Positions 17,256 through 24,237 of a stretch of DNA of 30,924 nucleotides are shown one piece after another. The translations under genes and the position numbers were made by a program. Under the pieces are notes generated by a model, which was given only the letters and a program-made list of their open reading frames with translations, made no database searches and had not been told where the DNA came from. Origin of the DNA: a virus (lineage: Duplodnaviria; Caudoviricetes). The stretch's first letter is position 1; each line of letters starts with the position of its first letter. The stretch spans positions 1 through 30,924 of the IMG/VR virus record IMGVR_UViG_3300021560_000055; one strand, written 5' to 3'.

Positions 17256-18482
17256 TCAGATCACGATATTCGCGATCGCCGTCTGCCGCAAGGCGTCTCC
17301 ACCCTGAAACCGCTGCCAGGATTGTGAATCGAAGCTGTACACCCACGTCACCGGCAGGCTCGTCGCCGTCAGCGGGATCGAGATCCAATAGGAGAGATAC
17401 TTGAATTGCGGATTACAACGGACAAAGAGCATGCCGATAATCCGGCTGGCGTTCGCGTCGGCGATATCGTGGAAGAGCCGGGGCTTCACCACCCCGCCAA
17501 CGGGGATGAACGAGGAACCATCGAACGACCAGACATCATCCTCGGACACAAACATCGCGATCGTGCCATAGACCGCCAGCGAATAGGGATAGAAATTGCC
17601 GACCCCGTGGGGTGCCGTCGAGAGGGCATCGAATTGAAACGGTGACGCTCCCACACCCGTGGGCGTCATCTGGGTGATGCCGTTCGTGCGGAACACGAAT
17701 CCGGAGCGGCCCAGGGTCGCGAGCCCCGTGATCTGGTCCGGGACGTCCAGCAGGTCCTGATGGCCGGCCGACGTCGCCGCCGACTCGACCCAGTTGGTGG
17801 CATTGCCATTGTCACTCCAGCGCACCCGGTAGGGATAGTCCGTCGCGCCGTTGGTGGCCGGGGGCGGTTCGGTCGTGTTGGCAATGACCATGTGGTTGCC
17901 CAGGACCGCGATGAACCGAAACGATCCCGGCGTGAACATCGACTTCAGCGTGGCCTCGCCATCGGAATAAAGCCCCGGCAGCGAGCCGTTGGCAAAATAG
18001 ACCCGGCCCTGGGAGATATTGACGCCATACGGCACGCCCGTGGCTCCGCTGCCGGTCGGGATCGGCTGCCAGAAGGCGGCGTTCGGCGGTGCCTGATTGG
18101 TCGAGGTGGCGGTGGCGACCCACCAGTGGGTGAAGTCGGTGCGCACGATGTCGCCCGGTTGATAGGTGAGGGTGGACACCCACGGTTGGACCTCGAGCGG
18201 GCCGTTCCAGACCGGTCCCGGCGTCAGCATGTAGATGTTGTTGGAGGCGAGGATGAGGTTGTGCAGGTTGCCTTCAATATCGAGGAACGGGACGATGTTC
18301 CAGATGATGGAACCGTCGGGATTGACGGTGAAGTCGTTCAGCCGCGGTCGGGTGATCAGTCGTCCCCGATAGACCCACATGTTCAGGAGTTCGTCAAAAC
18401 TCGCGCGGGGAGTGTAGGGCGCCGGGACATAATCGACAATGCCCTGGAACGGGGCGTTCAGGGGGAGTTGGCCGAAGCTCAT
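17256..18482 (-). CDS. Tail hub/nozzle (P22 gp10, packaged DNA stabilisation-like) beta-propeller protein
   Basis: N-terminal P..G......P......N.....G.L..RP, RVRWSD......W, V.F......MT, F.S.D.V..FDG and TWVY.F....W motifs. Confidence 0.75.
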   Translation of the reverse strand: MSFGQLPLNAPFQGIVDYVPAPYTPRASFDELLNMWVYRGRLITRPRLNDFTVNPDGSIIWNIVPFLDIEGNLHNLILASNNIYMLTPGPVWNGPLEVQPWVSTLTYQPGDIVRTDFTHWWVATATSTNQAPPNAAFWQPIPTGSGATGVPYGVNISQGRVYFANGSLPGLYSDGEATLKSMFTPGSFRFIAVLGNHMVIANTTEPPPATNGATDYPYRVRWSDNGNATNWVESAATSAGHQDLLDVPDQITGLATLGRSGFVFRTNGITQMTPTGVGASPFQFDALSTAPHGVGNFYPYSLAVYGTIAMFVSEDDVWSFDGSSFIPVGGVVKPRLFHDIADANASRIIGMLFVRCNPQFKYLSYWISIPLTATSLPVTWVYSFDSQSWQRFQGGDALRQTAIANIVI

Positions 18483-18733
18483 GCGGTCGGCTCTTCGTCC
18501 TTGGCCTGGGTGTCTTTCAAGGGCGGAAGCTCCTGGTACTTGAATTTATTCTTGATCGTTTTGTGGAAGAAATCGCCGACCGAATCCGCATTCACCATGC
18601 GCATGTGGGTGTGGGTGGAGACACCGGCATAGGCGTAGCGTCGTCCATTGTGGAATTCGATCTCGAGCGTCCGGGTGGCCGGATCATAGCCCACGGTACG
18701 GAAGGCATTCGAGGTGACGTTGGAACGTCTCAT
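18479..18733 (-). CDS. KTSC domain protein
   Basis: V.S.....VGYD.....LEIEF.NG..Y.Y.GV..........A.S.G.FF...IK consensus. Start taken at MRRSNV (18733). Confidence 0.9.
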   Translation of the reverse strand: MRRSNVTSNAFRTVGYDPATRTLEIEFHNGRRYAYAGVSTHTHMRMVNADSVGDFFHKTIKNKFKYQELPPLKDTQAKDEEPTA

Positions 18734-18759
18734 AGGGTTTCCGCCGATATCCTCCGGAC

Positions 18760-19074
18760 TCAAGGCGAGACCGCATCGCGCCATTGCGCCGTCACGGGTA
18801 TATCCCATTCCGCCGTGCCCGTCCCGGTGGCCGTGATGGTCGCCCGGTAGCTCTGGCCCGCCACAATGCCCGTCGTTGCCGGAATCACCGCCTGGTAATT
18901 CCCGCTCGATGTCGGGACATGCGGCATCGTGATCGGTCCCGTGATGACGCGGTTCAGCGTGTCCCGGAGCGTCACCTGGACCGTCGCCGTATTCACCACC
19001 ATGCCTGTCTGGACATCCGTCAGACCCAGCAGCGACACGAGATTGTCATTGTTCACGAACAGCTCAAACGCCAT
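18760..19074 (-). CDS. Small beta-sandwich virion-associated protein (104 aa)
   Basis: Thr/Val-rich alternating strands and a G.Y.A.I motif. Lies within the tail gene block. Confidence 0.65.
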   Translation of the reverse strand: MAFELFVNNDNLVSLLGLTDVQTGMVVNTATVQVTLRDTLNRVITGPITMPHVPTSSGNYQAVIPATTGIVAGQSYRATITATGTGTAEWDIPVTAQWRDAVSP

Positions 19075-19198
19075 TCAGTTTCCCCAGGATCGCGTGCACC
19101 ATCTCGACCACCTGCTCCGCATCCGGTTGTGCGGGCCGGATCTGGATTTGGCTGAGAAGATTCTTCAGGAATTCCTTTTCGTCCAGCGTCAGTTCCAT
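19064..19198 (-). CDS. Small helical protein (44 aa), possibly a tail-fibre partner
   Basis: Manual translation MELTLDEKEFLKNLLSQIQIRPAQPDAEQVVEMVHAILGKLNGV exactly fills the gap between two genes. Absent from the ORF track. Confidence 0.65.
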   Translation of the reverse strand: MELTLDEKEFLKNLLSQIQIRPAQPDAEQVVEMVHAILGKLNGV

Positions 19199-19199
19199 A

Positions 19200-20234
19200 T
19201 CAGTGCACGACTGCGACCTCGTCTGGGTCCAGCCCCGTATGGTAAAACGCTCCGGCGGTCAATCCACCCGCCACTGCCGCGGCGTTATTCGCAAACGTCG
19301 GCAGCCCCACCACATGCAATGGCGAGGTCGGGGATATGGTCCCGATGCCCCACCGTCCCGATCCATCCAGGATCGCCTTGTCCGTGCCCGCAATCTCTAA
19401 ACGGATCGTCGACGCGCTCAGCAGCAGCGGCGCATACGCCACCGTCGTCCGGTTGTACGTTTGCAACGTCACGTTCCCGCCCGTCGGATTCATTTCCAGC
19501 CCTTCATTTCCTAAATTCGATACCACAAACGGGGCCGCCGGATTGTGCCCTCCCCCCATATTCACCCCGACAAACGCACCCCCACCGGCAATGAACACAT
19601 AGTTATTCGTCCCGGGTCCCAGATTCAGATTCCCGCTCGGCAACCCTGGATTGATATTTAGAGGCGCACTCGCCACCACCTGCCGGATTTCCTGGTAACC
19701 GATCGCGACGCCACCCGTCGTCCGATTGTTCGAATAAAACGTCGCGATATTCGTCGCAGCGACATTATCCCCACTCGTCACATCCAGTTTCACGGCCGGC
19801 GCATTCCCCCCGATCCCCACCCGCGCATTGGTCGCGTCCCAGAAGAAGGCGGCATTGTTCTGGGCCAGATTGTGGGAGGCATCAATAAAAGGGACCGAAC
19901 CGGACGTCAGTCCCGTATCGGTAATCGTCGCCGCACTCAGCGTGGCGGTGGTCGAGATATTGCCCGTCGCCGCCACCGTCGTCGTCGAGAGCCCCGCATT
20001 CGCCGTGATCAATCCGGACGCGGTCACGGTCCCGGTTACACTGATCCCCCCATTGGCGGTGATCAGCCCGGATGCCGTCACCACTCCGGTCACCGTCACC
20101 TGATTCACCGTCAATATCTTCGTCGTCGGTTGATAGATGAATGCCGGCGCGTCCTCGGCCAGATTCCCGCTCGCATCGACAAACAAGATGCCCTGCGGCG
20201 TTCCCCCCTGCACCGGTTGTCCGATCGTGAGCAT
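19200..20234 (-). CDS. Tail fibre protein
   Basis: Two GS(I/V).F.D.S.NLA.....F.(Y/W) repeats, tandem VTG.VTASGLITAN.G repeats, and RVGIG...P...LDV / GIGT.SP.S.LHV fibre repeats. GGGAGG precedes ATG 20234; alternative start at 20306. Confidence 0.8.
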   Translation of the reverse strand: MLTIGQPVQGGTPQGILFVDASGNLAEDAPAFIYQPTTKILTVNQVTVTGVVTASGLITANGGISVTGTVTASGLITANAGLSTTTVAATGNISTTATLSAATITDTGLTSGSVPFIDASHNLAQNNAAFFWDATNARVGIGGNAPAVKLDVTSGDNVAATNIATFYSNNRTTGGVAIGYQEIRQVVASAPLNINPGLPSGNLNLGPGTNNYVFIAGGGAFVGVNMGGGHNPAAPFVVSNLGNEGLEMNPTGGNVTLQTYNRTTVAYAPLLLSASTIRLEIAGTDKAILDGSGRWGIGTISPTSPLHVVGLPTFANNAAAVAGGLTAGAFYHTGLDPDEVAVVH

Positions 20235-20332
20235 CGCTGAAAGCCCTCCCGGCTGAAATAATATAAGTTGCGTCTGAAGACGCGCCTGGCTGCGAAGTTC
20301 AGCCATGTCCGTAAAACCCTGGAAGCGGACGA

Positions 20333-21013
20333 TTATTTGACATGCGAGAACCGGTAGATTCTCGGGCGGAAGCCATAGGAAGCACCCATGTATTCGGCTT
20401 GAATGCGGGTCAGACGCGACCGGATCAAGCCGGGATTTTTCTTGCGATTCGCCGGATCCCCCCACAGCAAAATATGAATATCATTCGCCTTCTGCATATC
20501 CTGAAAATCGATCAGCCCGCGCTCCTGGGCCGCGTAGTCGATGATCTCGAGCCAGTCGTCCGGCACCTTCAGCACGGTATTGTTCTGGATGAGGGGATCG
20601 GGCACAACCTTCTGCCAGTAGCGGATGATCAACGGATAATTGTTGTCCGGCGTTTGCGCCAGCAGGATTTGATTGTTAAACGGTGCCCAGATCGCCGGAA
20701 CGCCCGTGGGCGTGGGGGCGTAGCGGTCGAGAATGCCGACATTGCGTTTCCACAGCGGCCGGAACGAGGTGGGATTGGCGGCCGGAAAACCCAGCGTGAT
20801 GAATTTGATCCCGCGCGCATCGAACGGATAGGGCACCGTATTGATGTTCGCGACGGACAGCGTCGTCTGCGTGAGCTCGAGTTCCTCGAAGGGGACGGCG
20901 GAGGCCACATCCCGGTAACTGTTCAGGATCCAGTTGGAGATGTTCGTGTTCTGATCGGTACGGCCCCCCAAGAGGGACGCGACGATCGGCACGCGGTCCG
21001 CTATCGTCGCCAT
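20333..21013 (-). CDS. Head-to-tail adaptor (tail tubular protein A/gp4-like)
   Basis: N-terminal helical hairpin (..I.NWI....RD), G.P..W......I.L...PD..Y.L.I.Y and P..W.E.I.Y.A motifs. Size 226 aa. Confidence 0.75.
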   Translation of the reverse strand: MATIADRVPIVASLLGGRTDQNTNISNWILNSYRDVASAVPFEELELTQTTLSVANINTVPYPFDARGIKFITLGFPAANPTSFRPLWKRNVGILDRYAPTPTGVPAIWAPFNNQILLAQTPDNNYPLIIRYWQKVVPDPLIQNNTVLKVPDDWLEIIDYAAQERGLIDFQDMQKANDIHILLWGDPANRKKNPGLIRSRLTRIQAEYMGASYGFRPRIYRFSHVK

Positions 21014-21023
21014 CTAAATAACA

Positions 21024-21052
21024 TGGACAATTACGACCTTAGACGCCAGAAT
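21024..21052 (+). promoter_or_regulatory. Sigma70-type promoter for the HNH gene (TGGACA-17 nt-CAGAAT)
   Basis: -35 at 21024-21029 and -10 at 21047-21052. The predicted +1 falls on the A of ATG 21059. Confidence 0.55.
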
Positions 21053-21058
21053 GTCCAT

Positions 21059-21571
21059 ATGTCTCCATGTCGAATTGATGGCTGCGGCAAGCCTATCGTT
21101 ACCAGAAAGCATCAGCTTTGCGACAACCACTACAAAATAATGCAACGGAACGGTTCGCCGACCACATATAAACGGAGACCCAACGGCTCTGGTCATATCA
21201 CTGCGCAGGGATATAAGGCTTTTTTCATTGATGGCGTCGTCATTTTTGAACACCGCCTCGTCATGCAACAAGTTCTTGGCAGACCCCTAAAAGCTTCGGA
21301 GATTGTCCATCACATTGACGGTGACAAACTCAACAATTCTCCAGAGAATCTCAAAGTGATGCTTCGGATAGATCACATCAAGCATCATTTCATCAAGACG
21401 TTTCGTAATAACACCCATAAAGAATGCACGCGGTGTCACGAAATCAAACCGAGAACCTTATTCCCATGGAATCCAATTCGACATAACAGCCGACATCGTG
21501 ATCTAAACATGCCACATTGCAAGGCCTGCCATAATCAAATGCGCAATCTTTACCCCAAGCGGCAGAAGTAA
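21059..21571 (+). CDS. HNH endonuclease with N- and C-terminal zinc-binding motifs
   Basis: EHRLVM...LGR.L...EIVHHIDGDKLNN.PENL core, CxxxxC...CxxH N-terminus and CxxC...CxxC C-terminus. Alternative ATG at 21023. Confidence 0.9.
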   Translation: MSPCRIDGCGKPIVTRKHQLCDNHYKIMQRNGSPTTYKRRPNGSGHITAQGYKAFFIDGVVIFEHRLVMQQVLGRPLKASEIVHHIDGDKLNNSPENLKVMLRIDHIKHHFIKTFRNNTHKECTRCHEIKPRTLFPWNPIRHNSRHRDLNMPHCKACHNQMRNLYPKRQK

Positions 21572-21808
21572 AATAAATTCAATCGTAGCCGGATCGGATT
21601 GGGTGTTTTCATATTCGTTTTGGGTTTCTTGAGTGTCCGCGAGAGCTTCGGCGATGATCTTGGGGCGGTATTCCACATCGAGCACATCGACACACTTGGA
21701 ATCGAGGAGCATGCCTTTCTGCATCATCAACTGCCCGATGGGGAAGATGAACCCGCAGCGGTCGCAGGCATGCCATTGCTGCATGTAGAGACCCCGATGT
21801 CTGGGCAT
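21503..21808 (-). CDS. Small Cys-containing (CDRCG) virion-module protein, C-terminus extended into the HNH insert
   Basis: W..CDRCGF.......Q.G.L....C.D motif. The last 23 codons overlap the HNH gene antisense. Confidence 0.7.
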   Translation of the reverse strand: MPRHRGLYMQQWHACDRCGFIFPIGQLMMQKGMLLDSKCVDVLDVEYRPKIIAEALADTQETQNEYENTQSDPATIEFILLLPLGVKIAHLIMAGLAMWHV

Positions 21809-21812
21809 CGCT

Positions 21813-22199
21813 TCAACTCCTCTCCAGCGCCTCGGCGATCTTGCGCATCGTCAAGGCGAGTTCCGGCGGCGGGAGATCCGCGCGCACCAGCCGCGCATCC
21901 CCTTTGGCATCGATGTCGATGACGATCCCCCGGCCCTGGATCAAGGACGACGTGGCGAGGCGCGCCATGCCGATATTGTAGAGGATGTAGAGCATCGAGA
22001 GGGCGAAGGGCCAGTTGCCGTACGGAAACCCGATGTAGAGCGCCGTTGCCACCATTCCGGCCCAGACCGAGACGCAGCGCGGACAGGCCCATAATTTCGG
22101 CCAGCGTTCGCGGAGGGGCGCGAACAGCGTGTCAACGGTGACCAGTTCGACCATCCGGATGACCGCGAAGACGAGGGCGATCGCGTGAAGCGTGATCAT
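21813..22199 (-). CDS. DUF1360-like membrane protein (128 aa)
   Basis: R...LVT.D.LF.PLR......L..CP.C.SVW motif and 2-3 hydrophobic helices. ATG 22199 overlaps the upstream stop. Confidence 0.75.
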   Translation of the reverse strand: MITLHAIALVFAVIRMVELVTVDTLFAPLRERWPKLWACPRCVSVWAGMVATALYIGFPYGNWPFALSMLYILYNIGMARLATSSLIQGRGIVIDIDAKGDARLVRADLPPPELALTMRKIAEALERS

Positions 22200-24229
22200 G
22201 GCTTCGCCAGCGTCAGCCGCCAATTGATCGGATTCGGAGTAATCGGGGCCGTGGTGCAGTTGGCCACAATTACCGTGACCGAGCCCGCGCCGCTGATCCA
22301 TGAGGACCACGTTAAACCCGCACCCAGCCCCGTACCCGTGAGAGGTGTGGCCAGAACGGCATCATTCAACGCCGCACCCGGGAACGTGGCGGTCCAAGTG
22401 GCCGTACTGTTGGCGGGAATCGGATTCGCACTATAGGCCGGATTGTTCACCTGAATGGTCGAAACGGCATGGCTGGCGGCAACCTGCTTCCATCCGGTCA
22501 CATTGTCGAAGACGAACTCCACGATTCTGTACAGGTCCTGCCCGCCGATACCGCCAATACCGGAGGGATTGGGGTCGGTGTAGCCGCGCAGAAGGTACTG
22601 GGTTCCCCACTGCACAAAAATATTTTGCGTCGGCGACGTGGCATTGATGATTTCAAAGAGAATCCGAACACCCGTGAATGTGTTGTTACTCGTCACCGGG
22701 TTATTGATGGTGAAATTTCCGGGAGTGGTGATGTAGATAAAATGATTGGTGAATTTGATGGCGTTCGGAGTGTAGGGATTCGGCGTCGCCCCGCTCGCCG
22801 CCGCGTTATTGGTGTTGTTGGACTCCACCCGGGGCCAGGGCACCCCATCATCCTCAATCTGCGGGATGAGGGAAAAGTTGTTCGGGTCATTCGTGGCCGT
22901 AAAGTTGAAGTTGAACCGCTGCGCGCCCGCACCACTCAACAGACCCCAAAACGTGTCCCGCACCTCGCAATACTGCGAGTTTCTTCCAAACACAAACTGA
23001 GTATAGTTGGCCGCATCGACGCGGACCACGCTGTGAGTCACCTCGATGTCGAAAACGTTTTGGACTAGACCCGGCGTGATGGATCCAAAGCGTATCCCGA
23101 ACGTGTTCGTGGTGCCGGTCGGCACCGCGGCTTGGGTGTAGAGGAAGTCCGTGTCATCGACCATGCCCTCGATACAGCTTTGGATATCGAGCCCACCGAT
23201 CCCATTGTTTTCGAAGTCACAGGAACGGAAGATCATGTCCCGGAGGGACGTATCGGTCGCGTCATGATCGACACGCATCTGCACGCCCCCCGTCGCTGCC
23301 GGGTTCATCACCCCAGCCACCGCCAGACAGTTGAGCGCAAACGCGCTGTTGTCGCAGAGCAGACCGAGCGCACGGATACTCATCCCGCCAAGCACGTTCT
23401 GCATGCAGTAGGTGCCTCGGAGGACGGGCCAACTTATTTCAACGGCTTGAGGCGTTCCGTTCGTCGTCTCGATCCCAAACCGGCCATTCTGGACAAACCA
23501 GCAGTTGTCGATGAGCGTTTCCGTCGAGCCGTCCGCATCGCCAACCTGGCAGTCGCTGACAAAGCCGGAACCGCTCATCCCGACGATCTGCACATTCTCG
23601 ATATGCGATTGCCACCATGCGCGAATCCGAATCCCATGGGAGAACACCGGGTTGGTGGTCGTCGTAATACTGAAGTCCCGGAGGTGTCCCCCGCGCAGAA
23701 ACGTGTTCAGTCCGGCCGTCGAGTGGATTTCGAACATCGCCGCCAGCGCAGTCGACGTGCCGGCGACTTGATTGTCGAATACGGTCGCGTTCCGTCCGGA
23801 GCCGAGAATCATCGGTCCTCCCGCATCCGCAAGACTCAGCGGGTTGACCAGCTGAATCGGATGATTCACCTGAAGCGCGAAGGGCTGTGCCGGGAACACG
23901 ACCGGAAGCACGGAAGGGGCCGCCATCGACGCATCCACGGCTTGTTGGATGATGCCGGACATATCCACGTGGGGCGCGATTTTTCCAAACCAGCCGGGAT
24001 AGATCACCTTGCGATCGTTGGAGGCGTGGAGATGCTTCGCTTCGGCCACTGCCCGGACGGCCGCTCCGCACACCGACGAGAGGGACTGACGGCGTCCGGC
24101 TTCCCCGATGCGGAACCGCCGGTGATCGCGGCGATCCCGTGCCGCCTCAAACGCGGCTTGCGGTCCCCGCTCTAACTCCTCGTCGCCTTGCCAGCGAAGG
24201 ATGTCGCTTAATCGATCCAGTACCAGCAT
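22196..24229 (-). CDS. Tailspike 2, C-terminal part (beta-helix receptor-binding/depolymerase domain) with anomalous first ~70 codons
   Basis: IYP.WFG....D.S.IIQ.AVD....V.FP and G.GRNAT entry motifs plus beta-helix rungs. TAAGGAG SD before the ATG. Confidence 0.7.
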   Translation of the reverse strand: MLVLDRLSDILRWQGDEELERGPQAAFEAARDRRDHRRFRIGEAGRRQSLSSVCGAAVRAVAEAKHLHASNDRKVIYPGWFGKIAPHVDMSGIIQQAVDASMAAPSVLPVVFPAQPFALQVNHPIQLVNPLSLADAGGPMILGSGRNATVFDNQVAGTSTALAAMFEIHSTAGLNTFLRGGHLRDFSITTTTNPVFSHGIRIRAWWQSHIENVQIVGMSGSGFVSDCQVGDADGSTETLIDNCWFVQNGRFGIETTNGTPQAVEISWPVLRGTYCMQNVLGGMSIRALGLLCDNSAFALNCLAVAGVMNPAATGGVQMRVDHDATDTSLRDMIFRSCDFENNGIGGLDIQSCIEGMVDDTDFLYTQAAVPTGTTNTFGIRFGSITPGLVQNVFDIEVTHSVVRVDAANYTQFVFGRNSQYCEVRDTFWGLLSGAGAQRFNFNFTATNDPNNFSLIPQIEDDGVPWPRVESNNTNNAAASGATPNPYTPNAIKFTNHFIYITTPGNFTINNPVTSNNTFTGVRILFEIINATSPTQNIFVQWGTQYLLRGYTDPNPSGIGGIGGQDLYRIVEFVFDNVTGWKQVAASHAVSTIQVNNPAYSANPIPANSTATWTATFPGAALNDAVLATPLTGTGLGAGLTWSSWISGAGSVTVIVANCTTAPITPNPINWRLTLAKP

Positions 24230-24237
24230 GGGGCTCC

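Larger units (their letters stand above)
21016..21576 (+). mobile_element. Free-standing HNH homing endonuclease cassette bounded by AAATAA direct repeats
   Basis: AT-richer than its surroundings and antisense to the operon. AAATAA at 21016-21021 and 21571-21576. Confidence 0.7.

Noticed and set aside
20342-21058. 409-aa ORF suggesting a long N-terminal extension on the HNH protein
   Set aside because: The extension is the antisense of the adaptor gene. HNH-like sequence and its promoter begin only after 21022.
21016-21576. HNH cassette as a self-splicing intron
   Set aside because: The ORF and promoter fill the whole insert, leaving no room for a ribozyme core, and the ORF is antisense to the host transcript.
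24075-24170. Resemblance of GAGAGGGACTGACGGC and GGTCC to group I intron P7 elements
   Set aside because: It is on the strand opposite the interrupted gene, and no P3 partner or S-element context could be found.
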